Shown: one piece after another, positions 11,595 through 26,337 of the stretch
Position numbering within the stretch: position 1 is the stretch's first letter
How the letters are laid out: each line of letters starts with the position of its first letter
Source: Octopus sinensis
Lineage: Eukaryota
Reading direction: 5' to 3'
DNA: 64,000 nucleotides
NCBI RefSeq assembly: GCF_006345805.1
Contig: NC_043000.1
Coordinates: 113,584,001-113,648,000 of the forward strand
Position numbers and translations under genes: made by a program
The notes under the pieces: model-generated
The model's database searches: none
Told to the model about the DNA's origin: nothing
What the model saw: the letters and a program-made list of their open reading frames with translations, nothing else

Positions 11595-11908
11595 GGTTGT
11601 ATCAAAACGGCGAAATGACAGAATCGTTGACACGCCGGACAAATTGCTTGGTGTTATTCCGTCCGTCCGTCAGAATTCAAATACCGACAAGGTTGACTCG
11701 GCTTTTCATCCATTCGCGGTCGATTAAATAAGTTCGGGTTGAGTATTGGTCGTTGTAATTCGCTTACCCATTCCACGAAATTGCGGGCATTGTGCCCAAA
11801 ATTGAAAATAATATATGCATGGATTAAGTACCAGGTCAATACTGGGGTTGATGTAGTTGGCTTACACCATCCCTAAAATTACTGGCATTGTGCCCCAAAT
11901 TTGATACC
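11595..11908 (+). mobile_element. SINE family A plus a duplicated tail segment
   Basis: acggcgaaatgacagaatcgttgacacgccggac...ggttgactcggcttttcatccattcgcggtcgat. A second tail starts at about 11822. Confidence 0.75.
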
Positions 11909-12000
11909 AGGATATGTATGGATTTAAGTTTACCATAAATATGATTGACTTTGTGCATACATATATATGTATGTGTATGCGCATATATATGTATACATAC

Positions 12001-12078
<78 letters not shown>

Positions 12079-12261
12079 AGATATATACAGATAGATGATA
12101 GATAGATAGATAGATAGATATCTACGTATTTGTATGCACATGTGTATATGTATATATGTATGTGTATGCAATGTATATATTATATATATATAATATGTAG
12201 TATAGTATATTATAATATATATATATATATATATATGTATGGATGATGTATTATGTATATG

Positions 12262-12296
<35 letters not shown>

Positions 12297-12979
12297 ACGC
12301 ACCAATGTAGCAGGTTTGATGGTAACACAGCAGACAGGTGTTATATACAGGAAAGGATAGGGTTTGCTTGCGTTGGTGGGGCCGGGCAGTATAATGCTTG
12401 TATTTTCATGGACAGTTGCACAGCCGCACAGACATACAGACAAAGCACGCGCAGGGATATATATATATATATATGTATATGTATATACATATGTATACAT
12501 GTATGTATGCATGTATATATGTGGGCGTATATGCATGTATGTATGCATATCTGAAAGACTATTTCCCTCCTTAAACAATTGTATGTATATTGTCATATTC
12601 CTGTAGAGATAAGACTGCATATTCACATGTATTGTTGTACCTGTTTTTGTGATTAGCGAATGTGTATATGTGTGAGTTTGTGGTTACATGCTTATACATG
12701 CCTATTTATAAACACCTGTATACTTCAACATGCAATTGTGTGTGTGATTGTGTGCAAGTGTATTTTTATGTATGCGTATTACAGATTGTAGAATATTTCG
12801 ATTATACATTAAGACTATTTGTTACGCCATCAAAACGTTCTTCAGGTAAAGTGGAGAAAGGTCTAGTGTTATTACTTAGTAGATATTAATTTTGAAAAAA
12901 TCGACTTTCCATCCGCCTTGGATGAAGGTTCATGAATGTGGAGAAACTAATCGCTGCAATTAAAATCGGAATAGCTATG

Positions 12980-13014
12980 ATAGCATTTAGATATGATATA
13001 TATATATATATATA

Positions 13015-13066
<52 letters not shown>

Positions 13067-13521
13067 TATGTACATACATACATACATATATACATACACA
13101 CACACACACACACATATATATATGTATATATATATATATAATATATATATATATAATATATATATACATAATACATATATACATATATATATACATATGC
13201 ATATTCATACATGCATACATACATGTATGTATTTATATGTATATATATACATATACATATATATGCACATACATATATATGTATGCATATGTATATGTAT
13301 ATATATATATATGCATGTATATATGTGTATATATGCATATATATATGTGTATGTGTGTATGTGTGTGTGTGTCTGTGTGTATGTATATCTATACACGGAT
13401 ATACATATACGCATATAAAATTCCATATATATATGATATATATGATATATATGAATATGCGCACATATATATCTTTTTATATTATATATAGATGCATATA
13501 CATATAATATGTATATGAATG

Positions 13522-13555
<34 letters not shown>

Positions 13556-13620
13556 TATATATATATATATATATATAAGGAGAGATGTTGACAGATAGAC
13601 AGACAGACACTCACACATAT
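12980..13620. repeat. Compound (AT)n/(AC)n/(ATGT)n microsatellite field
   Basis: Direct inspection. The YI/HT/VC-rich ORFs are artefacts. Confidence 0.95.
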
Positions 13621-14075
13621 ACGGATAGAGAGAGAGGAAGAGAGACAGAGATAGAGAGAGAAAGACATTCAAACCGACAGATAGATAGGCAGGTAGGTAG
13701 GTAGGTACATAGGTCTATAGGAGGTAGGTAGGTAGGTGATTATGGGAAGTAGGTTGTTTAGTAAAAGGAGGGAGATGTGTAGATTTTTTTTAAATGGAAC
13801 GAGACGCGAGAAAGAGAAAGAAGTAAAGAATGAAAAACAGGAAGATATAGGAAGAAGAATTAGAGATAGTGAGAGGAAGAAAGAGGAAGACAGAGACACG
13901 TGGAAGGGTGGGAGGAAAATGGACAGCAAAACAGTGATGAGGAATGTCGATGATGGAAAAAATGGAGGGGAGGAGGCTGGTTGGAAGGGTTTGTTCTTTT
14001 GCTTGCATGCCACCTGCGCCACACCACCACCATCACATCGTCATCATCACCACCATCACCATGATCATTATCATT

Positions 14076-14107
<32 letters not shown>

Positions 14108-14134
14108 CATCATCAACATCATCATCATCATCAA

Positions 14135-14175
<41 letters not shown>

Positions 14176-14264
14176 ACATCATCATCATCATCAAAATAAT
14201 ATCAGAATTTTCTTGGAATGACTGACCTCATGAATTGCTAAACACACACACACAAAATATTCAT

Positions 14265-14530
14265 ATATTCATACACACTTGCCCACACACACATACAGAC
14301 ACACACTTACACGCAGATACACATACACATATATTCATACACACTTGCCTACACATACATACAGACACACACCTACACGCAGATATACACACTCTTACAC
14401 ATATATTTATACACACTTGCCTAACACACATACAGACACACACTTACACACACACACACACACTTACACAAATATTTATACACACTTGCCCTCACACACA
14501 TACAGACACACACTTACACGCAGATACATA
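14265..14530. repeat. Four-unit minisatellite of about 66-72 bp built from AC-rich sequence
   Basis: Unit start atatt(c/t)atacacacttgcc recurs at 14265, 14331, 14403 and 14472. Confidence 0.85.
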
Positions 14531-14660
14531 CACACACACACACACACACACACATAGGCACACTTACATAGAGACAAACAAGTACACACACACGTAAATA
14601 CAGACACACGCATACATACACATACAACCATTCGAATACACACTATCACACACACACACT

Positions 14661-14698
<38 letters not shown>

Positions 14699-14929
14699 AC
14701 TCCTGCAAAACACACAATTATATTTAGAAGATTAAGAAAAGGAAGGAGGGGGGGTGAAGTTTGTTGAATGCTTTGGGAGGAAGGGGAGGCGGAGTGAGTA
14801 GAAGTAGGAGGAAAGAGCAAAATATGAAGATTGAGGGAGGGGGAGGGCATGGAAAGAGAATAATGAGGAGCGAAGGGAGAAGTGGGATGGTGGGAGGATG
14901 CGGGAATTGGGGAAAAAAGAAAGAAGAGG

Positions 14930-15470
14930 AGAATGAGGAACCGGAGAGCAACAACAACAGCAACAGCAACAATGTATGATATGCACGAGGAAAGAGAAAA
15001 GGGTGAAGAACAGGAAGAGAAACATTGGAGGAAAAATGTAGAGGAGGAGGGGGAAGAAGAGGAGGAGGAGGAGGTGGAAAAGGAAGAGAAGAAGAAGAAG
15101 AAAAAGAAGTGGTGGTGGTGGTGGTGGTGGTGGTGGTGGTGATGATGATAATGATGATGATGATGATGATGATGATAGTGGTTGTGGTGATAGCGGTAGT
15201 GGTGGTGGTGGTGATGATGATGATAATGATGATAGTGGTGATGGTGATGATAATGATGATTATGATGATGGTGATAATGATGATAGTGGTGGTGGTGGTG
15301 GTGGTGGTGGTGGTGATGATGATAATGATGATCTTGAGGATGATGATGATGATGTTGAGGATAATGATGATAGTGGTGATAGCGGTAGTGGTGTTGGTGG
15401 TGGTAGTGGTGCTGCTGCTGTTTGTAGTGGCGCTAGTAGTGGCGACGGAGGTGCTGCCTCTTATGTAGTC
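14930..15470. repeat. (GAG/GAA/GGT/GAT)n triplet mosaic
   Basis: Low-complexity triplets. Confidence 0.9.
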
Positions 15471-15769
15471 CAACAAAATAGCGTGAAACAGGTGTAGAGA
15501 GAGGAAAGAGATTATCATAAGAGAGTGTTTTTTCTTTATCATTATTATTATTAGTTGTACTATTATTTTCTATATTATTCATTGTTTTGAATTAATTACG
15601 ATATGATGCTGTCTTTGCTGCTACTCTTGTCCGTCTTTGTCTTCCATCCCTCAGTCTCACTTCCTCAAAGCCTCCCCTGTGTCTCTTCCTCGATCCCCAC
15701 TTTCTCTGACTAAATATTTCTCTACGTTTGTTCCACTCTCATTTAAATAATCATTCAACTCTCCATTAG

Positions 15770-15859
<90 letters not shown>
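15770..15859. repeat. (TATC)n microsatellite
   Basis: Pure run. Confidence 0.98.
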
Positions 15860-15905
15860 CATCTATCTGTCTGTCGGCCTGTCTGTCTGTTTGTCTGTCT
15901 GTCTG

Positions 15906-15977
<72 letters not shown>

Positions 15978-16024
15978 ATCTGTCTATCTATCAAACGAAC
16001 AAACATATATATTATCACACACCA

Positions 16025-16086
<62 letters not shown>

Positions 16087-17188
16087 TGTGTACAGTGCTC
16101 AGGTGCACTACAACTCATCTAGTCCGTCAATTTGTCCATTTATTCCTTTATTTATCTTTGTATACCTATCTAATAATATATATATATATATATGCATATA
16201 TACATGTGTATATATATGTATATATGTAAATATATATATATATGTATAAATATATGTACATAAAATGTATATATATGTATATATATATGCGTATATATAT
16301 ATAGTATATGCATATGCGTATGTATACATATATGTATGCAAATATGTATACATACGAAAGTATATTATACATACATACATATACATACGCGCACATGTTT
16401 TTTTGTATGTGTGTGTGGGTGTGCTTGTGCGTGCGTGTGTGTGTGTATTTATAGCGGTTATAGTTCTAACCGTTTCTCTGTGATTATATGCCTATTACTC
16501 TGCCAGTCTCCCACCCACTCACAGACACACACACACGCGCGCCATGTCCATCTGTCTCCCTGTGGAATGCAAAGTCCATCGATTTGTCCCTGTTCCTGTG
16601 TAACTGTCCTATTTATTCCGATTCTAGCTCTGTTACCTACTCCTTCTGAGGTTAATCACCTCACGTACGTCGACACACACACACACACACATACACAGAT
16701 GCACACACTCACACGTACACGCACATACAAAATGGCACACATGCGTACACATATACACAGCCACAGAATCGGTTACACAGCAAATGCGGCACATGTGTCA
16801 TATATTACTAAAAACACACCAGTGTTGCAGAATTAAGAAGCGATGCAATGACTGCTGTGACAGTCAAACTGTCCAGTGCCATTAACAGCTCCCTCAGCCT
16901 TGTTATCATCGACTCGGTAGCGTGTTCGATCCCAGAACACAGCACCTTGTTGCAAGAGTTGCTTTTTTTTATCTTAGCCTCACCTTCATTAAGAAGTAAT
17001 AATTAAGAAGTAAAAAAATGACAGTGTGCGGAATCATGCTGTATGTGTATGTATGTGTGTGTATGTGTGTGTGTGTATTATATAACTGTGTGTTTATGCA
17101 AATAGGTGTATATATCGACATACATATATAGCATAGTTATGCATATTCATAAATGCATATGTACATATACATTATATACATACACACT

Positions 17189-17219
<31 letters not shown>

Positions 17220-17221
17220 AT

Positions 17222-17410
17222 ATTGTTAGCACGCCGGACAAACTGTTTAGTACCATTTTCTCCGACTTCTTTATACGTTCTGTTCAAATTTGACTTAGCG
17301 TTTCGCTCTCTTAGTATCGATAAAATAAATACCAGTTGCGTACTGGGGTCCATGCAATTGACTACGACCCCCACTTTCTATTGCAGGCATTGTACCAAAA
17401 TATTAAACCC
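17222..17410 (+). mobile_element. SINE family A, diverged
   Basis: gttagcacgccggacaaa...atcgataaaataaataccagttgcgtactggggtc. Confidence 0.75.
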
Positions 17411-17411
17411 C

Positions 17412-17453
<42 letters not shown>

Positions 17454-18714
17454 CGTCATCATTATTATTAATTGAATGCCTCCGTCTCTTCCTCTCCCTC
17501 TTCCTCCGCTTTCTCATCAACATCATTGTAATCGCCGTCTCCATCAATAGCAGAGTTATTCCTTTGAAGTTTACATACCAACCCTCCCTACCCACCCTCA
17601 CCCCACGTGAGTCCAACAAGGCTCCCTCTTACTCCACGTTTCATCACCACCCTCTCCCCCTAACACACAGCAAAATCAATAATATCACACCCACCACCAT
17701 CGCCGCCGCCACCACCACCACCAACGCCGCCGACAACTTCGTCATTCATCAACCGCAGCCTCGGCTAACTTCATCGTCACATCCTCATCCTCACACCACA
17801 GCATCGCTCTTACACACACATACACACAAAAAAAAAAACTCATCTAACCAGCCAATCAACCAGCCAACCAACCAGCGAAAACCGTCCCTCCCTCCCTCCC
17901 CCACTACCTTCCTTCGATCGATCGAACCGCCATCCATCCATCCATCCATGCTTTCATTCATTCATCCATTCATCAAATCTGTTCCGACTTCCACGTCCCA
18001 CCGCCAACAAGCCAGCCAGCCAACCAGCCAACCCACCAACCAACCAGTTGGTTGGAAAATGCTGACAGACAGACAGACAGACAGACTGAAGGACTGACAG
18101 AAAGTCACACAGACAGTCAGACAGATAGACACAGAGTGGCAGACGAACGGATAGACGGGCAGACAGGCGACCGGTAGAGATATCGTTCAGTTAAATGTTA
18201 TGCAGTGAACCGACACAGGCAGTGTTGGGAGCTTTTACACAATCGAAGCTGCCAAGGGGGATAAAAAAATAATAATTATTATTCCTAAAGTCAGCATTCC
18301 ACTCAGCGTCCATATTGATGACCCGTATAACACGTCAAACCAGCAATGTCTTTCCATTTTGTCCTCCTCATAACACTTCAATACCTTACATATATATATA
18401 TATATATATATATAACCTTCTGAACACATACATATATGACACGAATGTACACGTAAGCGTATAAACGTTGGATTTCATTGGAGTACAAAGTACATTGACT
18501 GCTATACGTACATGGATACTCTGTGAGAAGAATATAGAAGTACGTTAGAAAAATGGAGTACACTTCATGTTTTGTAGAACAGGATTACAGGATACAGAGT
18601 ACCAGATTCTTCGGATTTTGGGAGTATATCTTTGGAGTAAAACAAAACTGAAAATTGTTTCATATACAGCGGCAAATACGTTATGTCTACATTTTCATAG
18701 AAACATACACCTGC

Positions 18715-18779
<65 letters not shown>

Positions 18780-18783
18780 ATTC

Positions 18784-18836
<53 letters not shown>

Positions 18837-19111
18837 ATAGAAAGGTGTCTGTGTGTATGCTGTATGTTTATGACAAATATTATGGCTTTATTCAAATTTA
18901 ATTATTTTAAAAGAAATGAGAAGCAAACAGAAAATGAAAGGATTCGCTCCATTAGAGAAAGACAATATTTAGAATATCTGCAAAGGTGAAATTCTTCAAA
19001 GATTAATATCTATCTATCTATCTAAAGATCTATCTATCTACCTACCTACTATATATTCATTCACACACACACACACATACATGTATATACACAATGCACA
19101 CACATAGTTGC

Positions 19112-19175
<64 letters not shown>

Positions 19176-19313
19176 ACATATATATATATATATTATATAT
19201 ACATATCTATGAATGTATATGCGTATACATGCATATATACGTGTGTATGGATGTGCATGTATGTATAATATATATATATATATATATATATACATATGCA
19301 TATACATATATAG

Positions 19314-19391
<78 letters not shown>

Positions 19392-19696
19392 ATATGCTAC
19401 ACATGTGTGTGAGAGAGTGAGAGAGAGAGAGGAGAGAGAGAGAGAGAGTAATAATATTTGCAGGCATACATATTAATAATCGGTTCCATTGTCTTCCCGT
19501 TGCGTCATTGAAATTATGTTTGTGAGACGGAATATTTTACTCACTTCAATCAGGAATGTTGCATCGAAACCACCAGTAAGTCTAGTCTCCAACCATTTTA
19601 TTGCATTTTAGTTCAAACGTTATATTTGTTTTGTAATTTACTCATCCTTGTAACAATGCTTGCGTCTATATATATACATATATATATATATAAATA

Positions 19697-19740
<44 letters not shown>

Positions 19741-19763
19741 GTAGATATAGATATATATGTATA

Positions 19764-19829
<66 letters not shown>

Positions 19830-20201
19830 TATATACATATATATATATATAATTATATATATTTATTTATTTATTTATATATATATGCATACCTATATGT
19901 ATATATATATATGTTGTGGCGTATGCATGTATATGTATATCTATATATATGCCCACAAACATTTATTACCACACATATACATATACATATATATATATAT
20001 TATATACTTTATTAATGAATTCCTACACGATGCCGCATTCACGGTAAATCTACGCTTCTCACTTTATATACATACATATAACTATATACATGCATGCATG
20101 CACGCATACTCACACATGCATGTATATATATAATATATACACACACACATAGATATACATATATATATTATATATATATATATATGCTATATATATGCAT
20201 G

Positions 20202-20270
<69 letters not shown>

Positions 20271-20977
20271 GTTTGTGTGTGTATGTATAATATTACAATG
20301 CATTAATATGGTGGCGTCATGTTATGTCCTCAAAATATCTTGCACCATTTTGGATTTGAGTTCTATAACATAATATCTATGTCAATGTGTATAAGTGTGT
20401 GTATGTGTGTGTTAGTGCGTGTGTGTGTGTGCTTGTGCGTGTGTGCGTGCGTGTGTGCGTGTGCGTGTGTATATGTAATGTGCATTTGAGATCACGGCCA
20501 TGCTAGAACAGTGACACGGCAAAAATAATACAATTAACATTTCATGTATAGTGTATACATAGATACATCTGTATAATTATACACACACATATACACCCAC
20601 ACATATGTACATACACACGCACACACACACACATATATACGTAAAATCACACACAAACATACACGCATATGTCTATGCGTATATGTATACGAGGGACCTA
20701 GTCGGGGACAGAATGGAGCGTAATATTTCGTCACGATCGCGACTGGCAGCACCTTGTTGTATTAACTCTCCCTTATACATCTGTCCATGTCACCTTCCTC
20801 TTCTAAATTTTTTTTACTTTTTCTGTGCTTTTTTCCCCCCATTTCACTTTATTCATTTTCCATGTTTAAATACTAAAGTGTATATACATTCGTATAACTG
20901 TATATATTTAAGCACACATATCTAATTACATTTGTGTGTGTTTGTGTGTGCGAATGTACAGACTCACACACACAAAT

Positions 20978-21035
<58 letters not shown>

Positions 21036-21317
21036 AGAGAGAGAGACATTATATATTATATATTATATATATAAGTACATATATATACATGTATGTATGT
21101 ATGTTTGTATATGTATATTCCTTGTATCGAGATCCTTCATTTTCTTGTTCTTTCAACATCTCTTATTGGATATCACGTGTTATACAATCGTCTCATGTGA
21201 GCCCTTTTTTCTCATGTGACCCCTATTACGTATCACAATCTACATAATCAGCACCATTACTTTCGTCATCAACCACGCCAATAATTGTACTATCATTAAT
21301 ATTACTACTACTACTAC

Positions 21318-21359
<42 letters not shown>

Positions 21360-21366
21360 CATTACC

Positions 21367-21592
21367 ACTTTGGCAAACGGGCAAAATCGTCAACGCACCG
21401 GACAAAAAGCTAAACGATATTTCTTCCGTCTTTGTGTTTGTGTCCAAACACCGCCGCGATCGACTTTGCATTTCCTCGATCTGTGGAGATAGATAAAATA
21501 GGTACCCCTTTGAGCACTAGGATCGATTTGATGGACTTAGCCCCTTCTCCGAAATTGCTAGCCTTGTGCCAAATTTTGAAATTGTCATTATT
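21367..21592 (+). mobile_element. SINE family A, diverged
   Basis: ggcaaaatcgtcaacgcaccggacaaaaagc...gatcgactttgcatttc...gccttgtgccaaattttgaa. Confidence 0.75.
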
Positions 21593-22594
21593 CATTTTAG
21601 TTAATTAAAAATTAAACCTTTTATTTAATATATGCATTTAATTGAATGCTAGTTTTTCGTTTGTTGGTATTTTTGCTGTTTAGCCCTCGGTCATCGCTGG
21701 CAGTACGAAACCATCACTGAATACATTCCACCTGTAACCGTTTCGTTTTTTGCTCCTTTAGCCAAGGGACACATTATCCAACTTGTCCTTTTTCGAAGAA
21801 GGGTTAGAGTAATTCGGGGCAAATTTAGCTGCTAATTCTTGCAGGCCTGGCTAAGTAACTCTATAATCAAGGACCTTCCAGCGATGACCATCCACTCCTT
21901 CCCTAATGCGTTGAATACCTGAGACTACATAGTTTGAATGTGCTCGTCAATTTTGAAGTCGGTATAGTGTGATTTGAGGAGAATTCAGCTGCTATTTCTA
22001 GCAATCGTAATGGCTCGGTAAATGTTCTCTTGTTGTTGTCTGTTATATTCTAGGTTCAAATTGATTTAGGTTTTGACTTTTCCCTCAGCCCTCTGAGGCC
22101 GATTCATTCATTTTTTTAAACTTTTTTCTGAATTAATGTTTACCCTGAGTGAAGTTTAGGGTCCATATTTTAAATTGCACATATAGTCATGCAAATAACA
22201 TATTTTTCGAATCACTCCATCGATTTTTCTAAGAATGGAGAACAATCATTAATCCAGGCCCCGTAATCTCCTTTTCCAGCCACGTAGAGGCTGGTAAGAA
22301 GAGGCATAACTTGAACTCAGAACACAGAAAGCAGAAACGGATAACGCAGGCGTCTTGTCCGTTTCTCAAGCTTCTACGCTTATTCTTACTTCTTGATTAG
22401 CACACTTTTATCAACCCCGAACGGATAAAAAATTGTGATGATCACGCCCGCATGTGAAATCAGCTTCTAGAAATTTAAAACGAGTAGACCAACCCATTTT
22501 GTACGACAATCCAACAACTCTCTCAGTTCACTTTCTGCGACATATCAGACAGATATATCAGCCATACACTTGGTTTAATATAGCCAAGGATTTG

Positions 22595-22810
22595 AAGGCG
22601 GCGAGCTGGCAGAAACGTTAGCACGCCGGGAGAAATGCGCAGCCGTATTTCCTCTGCCGTTAAGTTCTGAGCTTAAATTCCGCCGAGGTCGACTTTGCCT
22701 TTCATCCTTTCGAGGTCGATAAATTAAGTACCAGTTGCATACTGGGATCGATATAATCGACTGGGCCCTGCCTCCCTAAAGATTTTGTGTCTTGAGCAGA
22801 AAAGAATATT
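22595..22810 (+). mobile_element. SINE family A, full length
   Basis: AAGGCGGCGAGCTGGCAGAAACGTTAGCACGCCGGG...CCGCCGAGGTCGACTTTGCCTTTCATCCTTTCGAGGTCGATAAATTAAGTACCAG. Confidence 0.93.
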
Positions 22811-23429
22811 AGCTAAGGATAAATTTATTTGTGCCCGTTGTATTCTAATAGCTCTTCTTTTGCTGTTCATGTTTTAAGGTTCTAAATTAAATAGAAACCG
22901 CATGCTAAGCTACAGATTATCTTTCAATCCTAAATGCTACTAAAAAAAAATAACGAAACGAGAGACACAGGCACAGTTACAAAAATAAACCTTGAAATCT
23001 GCTCGAGTTTACGTCAACAGTTTATCCCACACTACAAAGGGGTCTATTTTCACTACTACTACTACTACTACTGATACTACTACTACTACTACTACTTCTA
23101 CTACTACTACTACTACTACTACTGCTGCTGCTGCTGTTGCTACATAGGTGCTACGTGGCAATATGTTAAAGAAGCTTCCTCATGGATCACCACGCTTCGG
23201 ACTCGATCCCACTTCGTGTAAGTTAAGGGCGTGACTTTTACCACGGTCACGCTCCGACCCCAGCCGTGTGAGTGACATTGTATAAGTAGAATTTGTGTGG
23301 GTGGATTGAAGGGTCGGACGACTGCTGATATCGGTAATTCCAAGGGTACGGCCGTGTCCTATTTCACGTTAGGTTGATTATGTCTGACTGTTGCGTTAAG
23401 ATTACATCATCACACACTTGAACGTTAGT

Positions 23430-23590
23430 ACCTAGAATTCCAGGACCCATGCGGCCTAGGGCCTCTTACCCTAATTCTATGGCGTTTAAATGGATGAGGT
23501 CCCAACATGCCTCCGCTTCCCCACCTCCGAACGGGACGCTAATCCATGGTGCGGTCACTCACAGCTGAGTATACTGGAGCGAGATGAAAG
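23430..23590 (-). mobile_element. Decayed tail of a V-domain-type SINE
   Basis: acgggacgctaatccat...cagctgagtatactggagcgagatgaaag is the reverse complement of the segment in 27326-27574. Confidence 0.5.
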
Positions 23591-23591
23591 G

Positions 23592-24008
23592 AATGTTCCA
23601 CCTTCGAATTAGAGCATGTATCCCTGCCTCGTAAAATTCTGTTGACTGTTCTTTGAATCACTTCTTGACTACAATTTTCACTTCCTCATCACTGGAATAA
23701 TTTAGTGCCTTCATCTCTTCAGCCCCATGAAAGACGGTTTGAGGTGCATACATTATTCCAGTGCCAAGGAAGTGAAAACTGTAGTGAAGAAGTGGCTCAA
23801 AGAACAGTCAACAGAATTTTACGGGGCAGGGATACATGCTCTCATTCGAAGGTGGAACATTGCTATTGAGAGAAACAGTGACTATGTTGAGAAGTAGGGA
23901 TATGGTCCACAGAGGACCAGCTTCATTTTGATGTATGATACATGTTCCTGTATTGATAATTATACCTGTCCTAAACAAAATGGCATTACTTTTTGACTCA
24001 TCCTCGTA
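23592..24008 (+). mobile_element. Mariner transposon 3' end (transposase C-terminus plus TIR) with a 110-bp inverted duplicate on its 5' side
   Basis: 23712-23896 reads LHLFSPMKDGLRCIHYSSAKEVKTVVKKWLKEQSTEFYGAGIHALIRRWNIAIERNSDYVEK*. The terminus TTACTTTTTGACTCATCCTCGTA is a mariner-type TIR. 23592-23701 is the reverse complement of 23752-23861. Confidence 0.9.
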
Positions 24009-24544
24009 GTTTGAGGACTGGCAGGGTTTACGACCGTCAAATTCTTTGTGTAATTTCTTTTTAGCACTTATTTTTCCATGTTCAAATATCACTTGTTTCG
24101 GTTTAGCTTTTCATCCTTCTAGGGGGTCTATAAAATGAAATTCCATTCAAGTGCCGGAGTCGATTTTTGCATCTAGCCTAGTATTTCCCAATAATTTTCT
24201 CCGACGCACCCGTTTGATTACCATTTTACTCGGATGGACCCTCTTAAACATTCGATATCTAAGAAAATCTTTTGTTTTTATATTTAAATAATTTTAAGAA
24301 TTGTTTTTGAGAAATTGATAAAATATTTTGCGAACTGTAGAAGTAGAACTAGCTTGTTGTAGATAAACGTCAACAACAAATTCTTGTGGTCCCTATTTGA
24401 GAATCGCCGGCCCATCCCCTAAATACCAAGATTTCTGGTATTGTGGTTATATTAGAAATAATTATTTATATTAGAAAGAGTAATAATTAAATCTTTGAGA
24501 ACATAACTGGAATCGACGAGATTTTTTTTGCTATTGAGTTGGAT

Positions 24545-24740
24545 GTTGTCGCTGGTAGTGTCTTTGATGATGATGAGGAGGAGGAGGAGGACGACGACGA
24601 CGATGATGATGATAACGATGATGATATTGATGATGATGATGACGATGATGGTGACGAGGACGGCAACAATGACGATTGTAATTGTGATACGCGTGGTGGC
24701 GTTGATGGTGATAAACGACGACGATGTCGATGACGATGAC

Positions 24741-24787
<47 letters not shown>

Positions 24788-24802
24788 GATTTTCGCGTAA
24801 AT
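24545..24802. repeat. (GAT/GAC)n mosaic with the same unique core as 8660-8897
   Basis: gattgtaattgtgatac at 24674 and ggtgataaacga at 24707, the same 33-bp spacing as in the first copy. Confidence 0.8.
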
Positions 24803-25144
24803 ATTTTTTTCCTGCTCTTCCTCATTTTTGTTCATATGTTGTAATCGGTAAAGCGCCCCCAAGAAAATTACATTTGGTATCTAGCAGCCCCTCCAAATTT
24901 CACAGCTGAAATCCCACCAAGCCAGGCTTCGTTTTTTTTTTTTCCTTAGTTTTTATTATTCTTTATTTTTGCTTCCAGCAGTCTTTCATAATCAACTGAA
25001 ACAAAATACAAATCCAAGAATAAATTTACTCCGTTATTCTCTTCACCGCTGCCCGAAATACGACGAACTGTGCCCCACTCGTCCTCAGTAACAGTTATGC
25101 AGCAGCGTGGTACACGATGTAATCTTTCATCTAATGCCTGTCAC

Positions 25145-25489
25145 TTGTTTCAAACATTAGAATGCGCTCATGCTAAGGCACTGCATTGAAGAATTTTAGT
25201 CGAACGACTGGTATCTATTCTATTGGTCTTTTTCGCCAAATCAGTAAATTGCGGAGACGTAAACACACCAACACCGGTTATCAAGCGGTAATAGGACAAA
25301 CACAGACACAAAGGCACACACACACATACGGCGGTCTTCTTTCAGTTTCCGTCTATCAAATCCACTCACAATGCTTTGGTCGATCCGAGGTTATAGTAGA
25401 AGTCACTTGCCCAAGTTGCCACGCAGTGGGACTGAACCCATAAACATGTGGTTAGGAAGCAAACTTCTTACCACACAGCCACGCCTGCA
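25145..25489 (-). mobile_element. SINE family E (tRNA head, CORE-like middle, internal microsatellite)
   Basis: tttcagtttccgtctatcaaatccactcaca...tagtagaag..acttgcccaag..gccacgcagtgggactgaacc. Homologous to 50219-50582. Confidence 0.88.
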
Positions 25490-25540
25490 ATAGTTATACA
25501 ATGTTATACAATGCCATAGCAATGTGTTATACAACAATAG

Positions 25541-25752
25541 AGCGGCGAGCTGGCAGAATGGTTAGTACGCCAGGCGAAATCCTTAACGGTGTTTCGTCTG
25601 TCTTTACGTTCTGAGGTCAATTTCCGCTGAGGTCGAATTTGCCTTTTATCCTTTCGGGGCCAATAAACTAAGTACCAGTTGCATAGTGGGGTCGATCTAG
25701 TCAACTGGCCCCGCCCCTAAAATTTCAGGCCTTTCGCCTAGAATAGAAGAGA
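25541..25752 (+). mobile_element. SINE family A, full length
   Basis: agcggcgagctggcagaatggttagtacgcc...gaggtcgaatttgccttttatcctttcgggg...aagtaccagttgc. Confidence 0.92.
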
Positions 25753-26025
25753 ATATGTTATATAGTAGCGAAAGTCTATGTTCGGATTTATATCAGTGTC
25801 AATGACTCCATTGTACGTTATGACCAGCAAGATTAAGAAAGAATATTCTGCTACGAAACAAACGCTACACACACTCATGTATCGCTTATATATATATATA
25901 TATATTATATATATATATATACACGCTCGGAAAAGTACACACACACACATGCATACACACACACACATGCATACACACACACAATGAGATTCCTCTGTAC
26001 ACATTTCATATTGCGTATGTGTGTT

Positions 26026-26060
<35 letters not shown>

Positions 26061-26337
26061 GTTTGTATGTATGTATGTATGTATGTACGTATGTATGTAT
26101 ATTACATATGTACATGTACTGTTACCAAAAGCCTGGATGCATGGTTTTCAGTTATTCCATTAATGAAAAGTGCATTACATGTACGTTTTATAGTATTTAT
26201 TTTCCCTATATTCTTATATAATTATATTACTTTCTCTACACATCCGATGTCATAGGCCAAGCAGTTTTCATGGGTTTCCACCGCTGGACTTAAACCCTCC
26301 AGTCCCCGTTCTTTTAAGTTCCATAATTTAATCGGAA

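Noticed and set aside
14724-15542. 272-aa ORF, the longest in the track
   Set aside because: Poly-T/I/P/S produced by GGT/GAT/GAG repeats.
18235-18429. Minus-strand ORF with a transmembrane-like stretch (WTLSGMLTLGIIIIIFLSPLAASIV)
   Set aside because: It is short, starts within (AT)n, and has no recognisable homology or linked exons.
18915-18990. Exon-like segment NEKQTENERIRSIRERQYLEYLQR ending at AG|GTGAAA
   Set aside because: The acceptor is A-rich and weak, and no partner exons or homology are recognisable.
19530-19585. Splice-donor consensus on both strands (GTAAGT plus, GTGAGT minus) around a short open segment
   Set aside because: Either micro-exon reading is possible and neither can be supported without RNA data.
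22595-22700. tRNA-like sequence with A- and B-box motifs
   Set aside because: It is the head of a multi-copy SINE, not a tRNA gene. The same applies to all similar heads.
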